From contig CM119266.1 of assembly GCA_051294375.1 (NCBI GenBank), positions 9,866,538 through 9,930,537 on the forward strand: a DNA stretch of 64,000 nt, in the 5' to 3' direction. A program made the position numbers and the translations under genes. Origin of the DNA: Paraspadella gotoi. Its lineage: Eukaryota > Animalia > Chaetognatha. The notes beneath the pieces were generated by a model. The model worked only from the letters and a program-made list of their open reading frames with translations. It made no database searches and was not told the origin of the DNA. Below, in pieces: positions 25,051-39,190 of the stretch (position 1 is the first letter of the stretch; the number at the start of each line of letters is the position of its first letter).

Positions 25051-27395
25051 CTCGTCTTCTTCTCTCCTTTCTTTATCTTCTTTCTCTCTCTCGATCTCTC
25101 TCTCTCTCATCCCTCATCTTCGTCTCATCATCCTCTCTCTCTCTCTCTTTAGTTTTTTACTCCNNNNNNNNNNNNNNNNNNNNNNNNNAGAGAGAGAGAG
25201 AGAGATGAGAGATCGAGATAAGAGATGATGTCGAGAAGGAGTCCGGCGGACGAGAAAAAGAGGAGAGAAAGAGACGAGAGAGAGAGGATGGAGACGAGAT
25301 GAGGATGAGAGAGAGAGAGACGAGAGAGATGATGATGAGGGTAGAGACGGAGCGAGATAAGACCTCTCCGAGAGAGAGAGAGAGGATAAGAGTCGAGAGA
25401 GATAAGTATGAGAGAGAGAGAGAGAGTAGAGAACCACCCCTTTTCTTTCCTCCTTTCCTCCTTTTTCTTCTCTTTTTCATTCTCTCATTTCCACGCGACT
25501 CATGTCATCTTTTTTTTTTCCTCCTTTGAAGGATTTTTCCTTCAGCGTTTTGCGCCTTTTTCTTTTCTCAGAATTATCTCTTCTCTCCTTTTTCTTTATT
25601 CGTCCTTTCTTTTTCTTCGCCCCACTCTCTTTTCCTTTTTTTTTAATACTTCCGTCATTCCTTCTCCCCTCCTTCCTTTTTTTTTCGCTCCTTTTTTTTT
25701 CTGTTTACCAATTTCTGAATCCGCCGGGGGCGCTGGCGTCGTCGGCAGCGGCGGCTGTAGCTCCGGCGGCGTCGGCCTCTCTCCCCCCCCCCGATTCTTC
25801 GCTCGCGCTCTGGTTGCGTCTCTCCAGAGAGAAAATGACTTTTTTCTTTTGAATCCAACCAAAAAGAAGTGGGAGGGTAAGGGGAAGGTAAGGAAGGAGG
25901 AGAAGAACCGTCGGGTAAGTTAAGGTAAGGGCTTACGTCTTCTCCCGCGAGAATTTTTTGATATTTTCTTTCTTCTTCTGTTTTCTCCTTCAAGTATCAT
26001 ATCAATGATAATAAAACCGAAAGACGTCGAGGCGACAGTTTGGAGGTAAATAGTGAGCCAGACTCTCTCTCTCTCCGTCTCTCTTCATCTCTCTCTCTCT
26101 CTCTCTTCTCGGGCTCTCATCTCTCTCTCCCTCCTCTCTCTCTCACTGTCTCCGTCTCTTCTCCTCTCTCTCTCTCTCTCTCTCTCTCCCCTCTTTTCCC
26201 CGTTTCTCATCCTGCACCCCCGCCCTTGGCACTTTCTCTTGCTCTCTGGTTTACGCTCTTTATTTTTTTGCCATTCTACAGGTTACTATGTGATTGTCGA
26301 TCTGTTAGTCAGGCTGTCTGTCTGTCTCCGTCGGTCTGTCAATCCTTTCTCTCTTTCTTCACTCATTCCCCTTTTCTCTCCATGACACACACAGACATTA
26401 GCTTATTGTCTCACTGTCTGTTTTATGCTCTTTATTATTTTGCCACTCTAAATGTTACTCTGAGTTTGTCTGGCTGTCTCATAGTCTGTCTGTTCTCCCC
26501 CCCCCTCTCTCTCTCTCTCTTCTTCTCTCTCTTCTCCTCTCTCTCTTCTCTCTCTCTCTTCTCTCTCTCTCTTCTCTTCTCTCTCTCCCTCGATGTACGT
26601 TCGCGCGGCCCAAAACACAAACTCGCATTTTCCTCCTTTCTTCATTTCCTTCATTTCTCCAAAGCGGAATTTCCATCATGTTGCTTCCATTACCGCGATT
26701 TTTCCTTTAAAGTCCCCCCACCCCCTTCCCCCCCACCCCCCTTCTCTCCACCCCCCCCCTCTCCTCCACCCCCTTCCCCCCACCCCCCTTCGCCCTCCAC
26801 CCAACCCCTTCTCCTCCACCACCCCCTTTCGCATCTTTTTCTCCCTCCATTCCTTTCAATTTTTTCAAGTTCCGCCCCCTCAGTTAAAAGTCGCCTCTTC
26901 GCTTATTTTTCTTGTTTTCTCAAAAGCCTTGTTTTTCACCGGAAAGCCAGCCCGTCTGCTCCTTATTTAACGCGCACCATCAGCTCCACTGTCTCAGGCC
27001 CCCTTATTGCTCTTGTCTAGGCCCCTGAGGCCCCCTTCGTCAAGGCCTCTTTGACCCTTGTTTCCTAGGCCCACCGTAGGTGCCCCTGTCTGGGCCTTCA
27101 TAGGCCCCTGTTCAAGCCAGCGTGTTCTCTTAGACCCGCTGTCTCTGCCCCCTCATCCTCCCTTTCAGGGCCTCCACAACCTCCTTGTTAAGTTCTCCCC
27201 AGCCCCTTATTTAGGCCCCCTTAGCTCCCGTATTAAAGACCCTCAATGCCCCCTTTTTTAAGAATTCCTTACCCTCTCATCTGACAAAAAAAACCTACAC
27301 CAGCGCACCCTGGGCTTTTTCTTTCTCTCTCTCCCGGTTTCTCCTACGAATCCCATTTTCTTTTCTCTCAGGGAAAAAATGTAAATGCGATACGC

Positions 27396-27398
<3 letters not shown>

Positions 27399-27477
<79 letters not shown>

Positions 27478-27500
27478 AGAGAGAGAGAGAGCAGAGAGAG
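27399..27500. repeat. (AG)n microsatellite
   Basis: Dinucleotide run. Confidence 0.95.
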
Positions 27501-28421
27501 TTCACCTTCAAGTCACGTTTTCGCCCGAGGACCAAAAATGAGTTTTGCTTTTGCTTTTCGCATAAACTTATACAACAACTCTATGGGTAACTATTTTTTG
27601 TTGTAATTTGCTTTAAGGAAGGTAAGTTAGTCGTTTCCGTTGTCAATCGTCGTCGTCGTCGTCGTCGTCGTCATCGTTCTCTCGATCGTCGCTGTTCGTA
27701 GTTTGTCAACTGACTCGTAATCTCGTTTGCCATTTTTCATTTCCTCGTATTTCTCCGCCTCCTCTTCTTACTCTTCCTCCTCCTCTTCCTCTCCCCCCCT
27801 CCACCCCCTTTCCTCCGTCTTCGCCGGGGTCGTTATCCATATTTTTTAAAACGGCGTTGTTGCCATAAATTAACTCGTATACATATTTTAAACATACACT
27901 CCCTTCGCATTCGTATTCAAAAAAAAAAGTTGCTTTTGGTGCCCATTATTTTTTTTTCAATTTCTTTCTTTTTTAAAATGTTTTTGGTTCTTTCTTTCTT
28001 TTTACATCCGGGTGCCGTTTGTTGTTTTTTTTTCCTTTATTTTTATCGTTCGCCTTTTGTTTTCTCGGTTTCGGTTGCGCGGGTTACGTTGGCCTCAATG
28101 AAATGCCCAATCCCCAGAATAAGATAGATATAGAGACGCCCCCCCTGACAGGGAAACGCTGCCGCCGCGGCCGCAGCCCAGTCGCGGTTCCGCGGCCGAT
28201 ACTCCCGGCCAGTCCGCCGCCCTACATTCTCGCCGCCGAGAGAATGTTGCCTATTCATGCATAATGCAGTGACCCCCGAGAAAAGCCCTTGATTTTATTC
28301 GCACGCGTTGCCAACCGGGGAGGCAGGGTAAAAGAAAACTACTGTACTACGAAACACTACTAAAGACACTGTCTCTCTCTCTCTCTTATTATTTTTTTGG
28401 TGGTAATATATTAATGACTCT

Positions 28422-28473
<52 letters not shown>

Positions 28474-30223
28474 TCTTTTTCTCTTTATTCGTATTGTGGT
28501 AATATTTCCCGACGAATTCTCAAGAGTAGAAGTCAATTTTTCATCGGCAACCGGGGTCCCGCCGGCCGCGCCGCCGGCGCCGCCGCCGCCGCCGTGCCGC
28601 CTGGCGCTCGCCGCCGCCGCCGCTTTCGCGTCGGATCGGTAAAGGAAAAGTACAACCGGCAGCGTCTTCGTCTCTCGCTCTCCGTCTCTCTCATTGTCTC
28701 GCTCTCCGTCTCGCCGCTCGTTTTTTTCACTCCATCTCTTCCGTCTGTCTCAAATTCCTCTACCGGAGAAAAAAAAAAAAAGAATTATGACGAATAACAA
28801 AGCATCGCTTTTCGCCCGCGGGCCTTCGTGGGATCCGGAGATGAGGGTGAGATGAGTCGAACGCGGGGCGCCGAGGATGGGCTCAGACCGGCCGGGGTCG
28901 CCGCTTAGCGCCTTATTAATGACCGTCTCTTAGATCCCGGCGTCGTGGGAGAGAGAACGGGTAAGTTCTTTTCATAGAGAAAAGGTGAGGCGTAATATGT
29001 CACTCGGTCCTTTTGTCCGCTCGATTCGCGGAGACTCGTGAAAGCTCGGGGAAAAAGATTTATTTTCTCTTTGTTTGAAATTAATTTAAAAGAAAGCTGA
29101 GTGAATCTTTTATTTTGAAACGTTCTTTCAGAATGAAAATGAGAAATGAGTATTTCCATAATAATATTTTCTTTCTTAAATTTTATTTTATTAACTGATA
29201 AATGTTCGACCTCGATTATTTTTTATTATTATTTATAACAAGAAATTACCTCCATTCCACAGTCTGCGGAGCCCAGTCTCCATTTTTCGTCTGCAGTCCC
29301 CGAGTCTCCTGATCTCTCGTCTCCCAGTCCCCCCCAGTCCCCGAGTCTCCCATCCCCTTCATTCGCTCAAAGTCCCTCAGTCTCTCGATCTCTCTAGTCA
29401 GAGCAAAAATCCGGAAAATCAACAACGATCCTGTTTTTTTCGCCCGCGTCAGTCAGCGGGAGGATCAGCAGCGGACACGGATTTGCCTTCCATTGCTGAC
29501 GAACTGACAGATCGTCAGAAAGAAAAAAAAAGGGGCGAAGGGAAGGGAAAGTAAAGGGGGAGGGGGGGGGAAGGGTCACAATTTTAAGGGGTACGGGGTG
29601 GGATACATGAGTGTGAAAAGCCGAAGGAAAAGCAGTCAGGGAAATAAAAAGGAAATAACGAAGAAAGAAAATGAAAGAATGAAAAGTTGAAAATACAATA
29701 TCATGAGAAAAAGTGAGAGAATTGATTTTTGTTGGTGACGTATCAAGACGCCCGTGATAAGGCTCTGGATTTGAGGTCGTGAGATCAGAGTTTCGCGACT
29801 GACTGTTGCTATTGGCAACGGGGTCAGTCGCAAAGTCAGTCGTGACTTTTTTGGCTTCTAATTGTTGCCTTCTGATTCCAAAATAACGATTAAATTCTGC
29901 TTTTTTGTACTTCTTATTTTTTATCGTTTACTTATTTGTTCTGCCTCATTCTTCTTCTCTATTTAAATCAGATTCCCTCGCTCACCCTTTTGGCCTTTCG
30001 GCATCAGCCCGCTGCTGACAGAACTTACTCGTTGTGCTTCTCAAGATATTCCCATCTTTCAAAGATCCCCATCTCTCTCTCTCTCTCCCTCACCTTCGCT
30101 TTTATCTCACCCTACCCTCTTTTCGTAAAGGAACAAATGAAAAGAGCCAAGCAGCCAGACCGACTGACCGCCGGCTCTTTTCCATTGCTGCGACCGGGAA
30201 TCCTAGCAATGAATAAAAAAAGG

Positions 30224-30359
<136 letters not shown>

Positions 30360-30823
30360 GAGACGGACGAAAAAACGAGATGAGAGAAGAGAGCGAAGGT
30401 TGATCTCATGTTTATTTTTCATTTGGTGGAACATTCTCTGTTCGTGTGTGAAGAGAGAGAGGGAGAAATAAAGAGCGAGACCGAGAGAAAGAGAGAGAGA
30501 GTCAGGGAGAGAATGAGAAAAAAAAAAATAGAGGGAGAATGAGAATGACCGCCTACGCGAATCTCCGGGGGAAAAAACGGGAAACGGGGGATTGCTCGGC
30601 GAAGGATTGCAGAACCGAGGGTTTGCGGCGCCGAGGGATCGCGACGCCGGTGGATTCACGGCGCCGGGGAGATTACTGGCGCAGCGAGAGGACGTCGCGA
30701 GGGAAACGTCGAGGGCGCCGCCTCGTGGATGGAGTCGGTGATCCAGACGCCGATCGGAAGTCACAGGGCGTGGAAGAGGCGGAAAGGGGGGATGGAGGTA
30801 AATGGTGGCTTCTGAGACCATTT

Positions 30824-30930
30824 CAATTAATTAATTAATTTAAAAAAAAATTAATTAATTAATTAGTTAATTAATTTTTTTTTCTTTCTTTCTTTCTTTC
30901 TTTTTCTTTCTTTCTTTCTTTCTTTCTTTC
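30824..30930. repeat. (TTAA)n followed by (TTTC)n
   Basis: Self-complementary TTAA runs followed by a tetranucleotide repeat. Confidence 0.9.
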
Positions 30931-31780
30931 AATCTATCAGTACCTCTCTTTATTAGTTTCTTTCCTTTCTCTTCCTTGTTTACTTTTTATTTCTTTTCAC
31001 TGTTTTTATTTCCCCGGCTTTCATTTGCTTCTCTCTCTCTCTCTTTTCCCAAGGACCAAAACAAACACTCACACACACTCATACACACACAGAGGAAAAA
31101 CAAACAAACAAACTCCCAAACAGAGAAGAACAAACTCTTAGATTAACGAACACCCGGAAGAAAATGAACTCGTAACACAAACTCGCTTGTCGAGAAACGT
31201 CGGACTTTGCTCGGTTTACTCTCTTGATTTAGACTTATAATTATCTTCATATTTTAGATTAAAAATTTCAAGTTTAAAGATTTAGATTTTTGGTTCGACT
31301 TGGACCAAATCTCGAAAGTTGCTGCTTCCCTTTTTTTATTTTCCCCGTTTCCTTTTTGATCTTCACCTATGCACGATTCCATTTTTGGTTTGTTTTTATT
31401 TGTATTTTTTTTTCTGTTTGTTTATCGACGCCAGGCGATGCTATCTTGCGGAGTCGCGATGGTTTATGCCGCCATAAATCCAGATGTAGCACATTTTTTT
31501 TGCGTCGTGAATCTCGGTTTTTTTTCCTCTCTTTCCGAAATTTGCCTGCGGCGGCGGCGGCGTCGGCGTCGGCGGCGTCGGCGGCGGCTGCAGCGGCGGC
31601 GGCGGCGATGGCCGTGGCGAGGGCGTGGAATCAATCAGTGTCGTCCGACGGTTTTCTAGTGGAACCGTCGCTGGTATATCGGACTTTCATAAAATATTTA
31701 AGACATAAAAAAATGACACCTCGGGATCTACCAACTGTCTTAGTTAAAATTTTCTCCAATATTTTAAAATACGCTATTAT

Positions 31781-31925
31781 TTTACACAAATAGAGAAAAC
31801 AAAGTCGTCCAAAGTTATGATATCGTATAATCTCACAATGTACTTACAATGTATAATTTTACACAAACAGAAGAAACAAAGTCGTCCAAAGTTATGGTAT
31901 TGTATAATCTTACAATTTACATAGA
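31781..31925. repeat. Two-copy ~78-bp tandem duplication
   Basis: tttacacaaa...aaacaaagtcgtccaaagttatg.tat.gtataatct.acaat occurs at ~31781 and ~31858. Confidence 0.85.
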
Positions 31926-32157
31926 ACGAAAAATTTATGTACAATGTACGTGCTACTATTTCTATCCTCAAAATTAAAGAGAGAAGACGCTACAATATTT
32001 AATCTCCTGAAGTTTTTCTCCTCGACTTTCCTTTAAGTTTTTTCCTCTAGATCCGCAACAATTTTTTTTACGAACATTTTTTGGTTTTATTTTTTATTTG
32101 TTTTTTATTTGTTTTTCAGCTTTTCGGGTTGTTTTTTTTGAAAGTTTAAGGACAGTT

Positions 32158-32459
32158 AAAACGTTTTTAAACGAACACCGAGATACCCATAATTTGGTAA
32201 TTGATAAAGAGTAAATAAAGACAGAAATTTAGTACGATATGAGCGCCAAATTAACGGATAAACGGACACATAACGCTCGCACGGACAAATAAAAATAAAA
32301 ATGAGAAAGAGAGAGACGAATAGAAGAAGTTAGGGCAACATTATCGTCCACCTCTGCTTTGACTCGGGAGTCCTCGCGAGCGGCGACCCTCAATCGTAAT
32401 TTCTCTACATAAAAGAAGAGGGATTCATTCCGCTCTTGATCTCTGGATTGCCTTTGGGC

Positions 32460-32542
<83 letters not shown>

Positions 32543-32567
32543 ACCGCCATAGCTTTATTTTCTTTCT

Positions 32568-32613
<46 letters not shown>

Positions 32614-34173
32614 TCTCTCTCTCTCCCCCTTTCTTTCTCTCTCTCGCTCTCTCGCTCTCTCTCTCTCTCTCGCTCTCTCTCATATTCTGCCAGGACGAAA
32701 GCCAAAAAAATTGTATGAAAATATGAGCCTCGGCCTCCGTAGGCGTGGTCGTCGTCGTCGTGCGTCTCGGTCCTCGTCGTCGTCATCGTCTCGTCGTCGT
32801 CGACGAGGGGCGTGGCTGCTCAAGCGGAGGGAAAAAGGGGTGGGAAAATACTAAAACGCAAAGTTCCATCAAAAGTCAATGGCCTTAGTTTGCTGGGGTG
32901 AGTCGAAACGGGGCCCAAATCTTTCGAGGAAAAAATGACAGTATACTTTTCATAGCATCACATGTAAATGTAAATGAAAATTTGCAAAATTACTTGTTAA
33001 ATGTAAATAAAGAAATTTTGATGTGCAATATGAGTTGGCGTTGAACAAATTGTGACGTTGTATACATCCTGAAACTTCTTTCTTTATTTTCTTAATTATT
33101 TTTTTCTAGTTTTTACTGCCAAAATAAAAAGTTTTTAACAAAATTAATGGGTATTTCGTTCACCCTACTCGCCCTCCGTAAATGAGGAACTTTTCTTCTG
33201 GATACTTCGTTGCCAAGGACCGTTTTCTCGCTTTATTCAGCCTCCCCTGTCCGCCCAAACCCTTCTCCCCCCGTTCCGCCTCCTTTCCCCCTCCACTAAA
33301 TTNNNNNNNNNNNNNNNNNNNNNNNNNGGGTTTGGGCGGACAGGGGAGGCTGAATAAAGCGAGAACGGTCCTTGGCAACGAAGTATCCAGAAAGAAAAGT
33401 TCCTCATTTACGGAGTGGCGAGTAGGGTGAACGAAATACCCATTAATTTTGTTAAAAACTTTTTATTTTGGCAGTAAAAACTAGAAAAAAATAATTAAGA
33501 AAATAAAGAAAGAAGTTCAGGATGTATTTAACGTCACAATTTGTTCACGCCAACTCATATTGCACATCAAAATTTCTTTATTTACATTTAACAAGTAATT
33601 TTGCAAATTTTCATTTACATTTACATGTGATGCTATGAAAAGTATACTGTCATTTTTTCCTCGAAAGATTTGGGCCCCGTTTCGACTCACCCCAGCAAAC
33701 TAAGGCCATTGACTTTTGATGGAACTTTGCGTTTTAGTATTTTCCCACCCCTTTTTCCCTCCGCTTGAGCAGCCACGCCCCTCGTCGACGACGACGACGA
33801 CGATGACGACGACGAGGACCGAGACGCACGACGACGACGACCACGCCTACGGAGGCCGAGGCTCATATTTTCATACAATTTTTTGGCTTTCGTCCTGGCA
33901 GAATATGAGAGAGAGCGAGAGNNNNNNNNNNAATTACGATTGAGGGTCGCCGCTCGCGAGACTCCCGAGTCAAAGCAGAGGTGGACGATAATGTTGCCCT
34001 AACTTCTTCTATTCGTCTCTCTCTTCTCATTTTTATTTTTATTTGTCCGTGCGAGCGTTATGTGTCCGTTTATCCGTTAATTTGGCGCTCATATCGTATA
34101 AATTTCTGTCTTTATTTACTCTTTATCAATTACCAAATTATGGGTATCTCGGTGTTCGGTTTAAAAACGTTTT
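32158..34173. repeat. Long near-perfect inverted repeat (foldback) centred on a 25-N gap
   Basis: Arm 32158-33262 is the reverse complement of 33328-34173, e.g. cctcccctgtccgcccaaaccc vs gggtttgggcggacaggggagg. The right arm has a 10-N gap where the left arm has a microsatellite block. Confidence 0.95.
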
Positions 34174-34290
34174 ACTCCTTACTTTTCTACGCTCAGTCGC
34201 TCCGTCCGTACGTTAATTCATCCCGCCATCTGCCCCGAGATATCCGTTAATGGACTCTTGTTGACATCAGGATCCTCGAAATGGAATTTG

Positions 34291-35035
34291 CTAAACAGGC
34301 GCTCAACATCGTTCAGGGACGTCGTTAAAAAAAAATCCACGTTTTTAATTTAATTAGTTTTATATTTATATATTTATTTATTTATTCATTCATATATTTA
34401 TTCATATATTTATTTATATATATATTTATTTAATTCATAAAAAATCGCTTTAAATCGCGAGTGTGATCACTGACATCGTTTAAGCATCACCTCGACATCG
34501 GAAAGTGAATCTTGCTCACTGATTTTAATATCGGTTTTTAAATCGAACTTTAAAGAAAAAAGTATATATGCGATTTTGCGGAAGACTTTTAAAATCTAAT
34601 GGAATTTGAATTTTATGTATATTGTAGAAAATAAAAAAAAACGAATCGGAGGGAAAAAGTAACCGTGTTGAGGAAGAAATATGCAAAAGGTATTACTGAG
34701 AAATGAGAAATTCAAAAAACAGAAATGGCTGTCAAATAAAATTCCGACTGAATTATACGTTAAATAAACCAAAACAGAAAGAAACGATAAAATATACAAG
34801 AGAAACAGAAAATTGCTGAACAAAAAAAAAATCAAAACAATCCAAAGAAACTCCTTCTCTCAATACACTTATTCTTTTGAAACGCAAAGAAAAATAATCC
34901 GTCTACTACTTTGTTATTTTAAGGGGAAGGGGTTCTGGCTGGCGGCGATAGCGTTTTTAATGGACGCTAATGGTTATGATGCTCCCGATCAGATCTCTTA
35001 ACGCTCGCGGCCCGCCTTTGAACACGAGTCAAGAC

Positions 35036-35078
<43 letters not shown>

Positions 35079-35251
35079 TAAAAGAAAAATAAAAAAAGAT
35101 GAAAAATAACTTGGGGAAAGCAAGCTGCTTATGTAGAGGTAGAATCAGGCCCAAGATTCTTATAAAAGTTTTTTTGTTGGTGAGTACTTAGCAATGATAT
35201 ATACGCACAATTTATAGTAAAGGCAAATGAGGAAGGGAAAAAACGATAGTA

Positions 35252-35299
<48 letters not shown>

Positions 35300-38032
35300 T
35301 GCAATGAGTGAGAGCGAGGCAAATGAGCTAGTTCGTGATGCGCTTTTATTCATCCTAAGTTTTTTTCCCCGTTTTTATATTTCACCTCTGATCCCCTTAA
35401 AAACGTGGCCGACGCGAATTCAAAGTTTTTTTCCGGTGAAAAAGAGAAAAAAAGCCGATATTCGAGAGAGAGAGAGAGAGAGANNNNNNNNNNNNNNNNN
35501 NNNNNNNNNNNNNNNNNNNNNNNNNNNNNNNNNNNNNNNNNNNNNNNNNNNNNNNNNNNNNNNNNNNNNNNNNNNNNNNNNNNNNNNNNNNNNNNNNNNN
35601 NNNNNNNNNNNNNNNNNNNNNNNNNNNNNNNNNNNNNNNNNNNNNNNNNNNNNNNNNNNNNNNNNNNNNNNNNNNNNNNNNNNNNNNNNNNNNNNNNNNN
35701 NNNNNNNNNNNNNNNNNNNNNNNNNNNNNNNNNNNNNNNNNNNNNNNNNNNNNNNNNNNNNNNNNNNNNNNNNNNNNNNNNNNNNNNNNNNNNNNNNNNN
35801 NNNNNNNNNNNNNNNNNNNNNNNNNNNNNNNNNNNNNNNNNNNNNNNNNNNNNNNNNNNNNNNNNNNNNNNNNNNNNNNNNNNNNNNNNNNNNNNNNNNN
35901 NNNNNNNNNNNNNNNNNNNNNNNNNNNNNNNNNNNNNNNNNNNNNNNNNNNNNNNNNNNNNNNNNNNNNNNNNNNNNNNNNNNNNNNNNNNNNNNNNNNN
36001 NNNNNNNNNNNNNNNNNNNNNNNNNNNNNNNNNNNNNNNNNNNNNNNNNNNNNNNNNNNNNNNNNNNNNNNNNNNNNNNNNNNNNNNNNNNNNNNNNNNN
36101 NNNNNNNNNNNNNNNNNNNNNNNNNNNNNNNNNNNNNNNNNNNNNNNNNNNNNNNNNNNNNNNNNGGCTGTCTCACGGATTGTTGGCCATAATCTTTCGT
36201 TTTTCACGGTTTAGGTATAATAAGAATGTTCGAACAGTTAAATGTTTTTAGTACATTTTAAGGAAAGCGAAGTTAACGCAACTTAATTGCATTTATATAA
36301 TGTATGTATAATTTAATGTAGGTTTTAAACAATGAATATCGTCTTGTGATTCATTTATTTCCGGGTTTCCAAGTTAACCAATAAAAAAAAAAGGTTGNNN
36401 NNNNNNNNNNNNNNNNNNNNNNCTAAACAGGCGCTCAAACACATTCTTCAAGGACGTCGTTATAAAAAGAAAATCCACCCGTTTTTTATTAAATTAGTTT
36501 TATAATTTATTTATTTATTAATTTATTTCATTCTATAAATTATGTATTATATTATTTAATATATTATTTAATTCATAAAAAATCGCTAAATCGGAGCGTG
36601 TAATCATGACATCGTTTAAGCATCAACCTCGACCTCGGGAAAGTGATCCCTCACGGATTTTCATATCGGTTTTTTAATCGAACTTTAAAGAAAAAAGTTA
36701 ATTATGCGACTTTTGCGGATGTAAATAACTATATTAAATGAACTTTATGTATTTATAAAAAAAATGTAATATTTTAAACAATCGGATGGGAAAAAGTAAC
36801 CGTTGTTGAGTGGAAGAAATATGCAAAGGTATATTACTGAGAGAAATGAGACAATTCAAAAAAACAGTAATGGCTGTTCTCAAAATAAATTCGCCGACTG
36901 GGGCCTCTGAATTATACGGTTAAAATAAAAGCCCAAAAGCAGGGAAAGAAAAACGACGTAAATATACAAGAGGGAGAAACAGAAAAAATTGGCTGAACAA
37001 AAAAAAAAAAATCAAAACAATCCAAGAAGAAAAACCTCCTTCTTCAATACACTACTCTTATTCTGTTTGATAACACGCAAAGAAAAATAATCCGTTTCTT
37101 ACTACTTTTGTTCATTTGTAAGGGAAGGGTTCGTGGCTTAGGCGGCGGATAGTTTTGTTTTTTTAGATGGAGTATAAATGGTTAATGATGCCCGATCAGA
37201 TCGTCTTAAAACCTCGTCGGCCCGCCTTGAACACGAAAGTCAAACTAAGAGAGGAGATGAGAGGAGGACGAGGTGTTAATTAAAAATAGGTATAAAAAAA
37301 AATCAGCAGATACAATAATGAAAACTTGGGAATAGCAAGCTGCTTAGTGTAGAGTAGAATCAGCCCAAGATTCTTATAAAAAGTTTTTTTTGTTGGTGAG
37401 TACTTTACAATGATATACGTCGCAAATTGTTATAGTTAAAGGCAACATGAGGAGGAAAAAAAAACGTATAAGGAGAAGAGGATGAGAGAGTATGAGGAAG
37501 TAGAGAGAGAGAGAGAGAGAGAGAGAAAGGAGAGAGATGAGATAAGAAGAATAGGAAAGGAGGAGAGAGATAGAGATTGCGATGAGACGAGGCAAAATGA
37601 GCTAGTTCGTGATGCGCTTTTTATTCATCCTAAGTTTTTTTTCCCCGTTTTTTATATTTCAAGTCCTCTGATCCCCCCTTTAAAAACGTCGGCCGACGCG
37701 AAATTCAAAAGTTTTTTTCCGGGAAAAAAGAGAAAAAAGCCGATATCGAGATGAGAGAAGAGAGAGAGAGAGGAGAGAATAGAGAGCGAAAGAAAGAGAG
37801 AGAGGCAGAGAGAAGGAGGAGGAGAGATAGGAGAGAGGGAGAGAGGCAGGAGGGAGAGGAGAGAGAGGAGGAGAGGAGGGAGAGAGAGGAGAGGGAGAGA
37901 AAAGAGAAAGAGAGAGGAGAGAGAGACGATAGTGAGAGAAACAGAGAAAAAAAATTCCGACCGAAAAAAAAACCTAAACATTTCCCGTGGAAAAACTTAT
38001 AACGCATGAAGGAAAAGAGAGAGAGAAGAGAG

Positions 38033-38067
<35 letters not shown>

Positions 38068-38797
38068 AGAGAAGAGAGGAGAAGAGAGATGAATGAAAAA
38101 TATCCGTGTGAAGAAAATTGACCATAAATTCTATATAACGGCGACACTGCCTAGTCCACCTCCCGCTGACGCTTCTCTCTCTTCTATCGGCGAATGATTT
38201 AGGTAGCGACTGGGTCCGAATAGGATATACGACGTCAGACTATGGAGTTCGGACTAGAGGAGCGAGCAGAGAGAGAGGAGCGTACGCAGAGGAGAAGAAA
38301 AGACAGATGAGAGCGAGAAGACAGAGAGAAGGGAGGAAGAGAGATGGAGAGAGAGAGAGTGTGAAAAAAAGAATGATTCCAGAGGTCGTGTTACGACCAC
38401 TGTTATATGCTCCCTGTCTGTATTATGTGCTTACTCCACCCAGTCCATTTTCTTCTTTTTTCGGTTACCAGGGGGGCGAGGAGTCAGGAGGGGGGAGGGA
38501 GCGGTTCGGAGGGGGGGGGGCGAAAGTAGGGTTTCATATATCAAGGCCGGGTACTGCAAAAGCGCCGGCTGTCTCACGGAATTGTTGGGCCATAATCTTT
38601 CGTTTTTCACGGTTTAGGGCTATACATAGAGAATGCTTCCGAACAGTTATAATGTTTTTAAGTTACATTTTAAGGTAAAGCGAAGTTAACGCAACTTAAT
38701 TACATTATATATATATTTATAATGTGATGTTCTAAATATATCGTTTGGGATTCATTTATTTCCGGTTTCCAAAGTTAACCAATAAAAATAAAAGTTG
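34291..38797. repeat. ~2.1-2.4 kb direct tandem duplication; second copy insertion-rich
   Basis: ctaaacaggcgctcaa occurs at 34291 and 36423, and ggctgtctcacgga at 36166 and ~38566. The junction is a 25-N gap (36398-36422). Confidence 0.93.
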
Positions 38798-38829
38798 AGT
38801 TGATTGCGACCGGAAATGTTTTGGCGATA

Positions 38830-39190
38830 GTAGAGACACGCGGGGCTGAGTGGAAAGAGTGGAGGGAGGAAAGAGGGAGGGAGGGAGGAAAAGAGGAGGG
38901 GAGGAAGAAAGAGGGAAGCGAGGAAAAGAGGAGGAGGATAGAGGGAGGAGGGAGGAAAGAGGAAGGGAGGAAAAGAGGGGGGAAAAGGGGAAGGAGGGGA
39001 AGAGGAGGGAAGGAGGAAAGAGGGAGGGAGGAAAAGAGGACGGAGAAGGGAAGGGAGGAGGAAAAGAGGGAGGTGAGGGAGGAAAGAGGTTAGGAGAGAA
39101 AAGAGGGAGGGAGAGAGGGAGAAAGGGAGAGAGGAGGGACATTAAAGGGAGGAAAGGGGGGGTGGAGGAAATATGGGGAGAGAAAGGTTA
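38830..39190. repeat. Polypurine (G/A) low-complexity tract
   Basis: Almost exclusively G and A. Confidence 0.85.

Noticed and set aside
26040-27020. 326-aa ORF
   Set aside because: Translation of (CT)n and poly-C tracts (SLSL, PPPP).
35304-36251. Long ORFs spanning N-runs (also near 53-568, 6000-6360, 41880-42400, 61000-61490, 62786-63455)
   Set aside because: They are open only because N codons are not stops.
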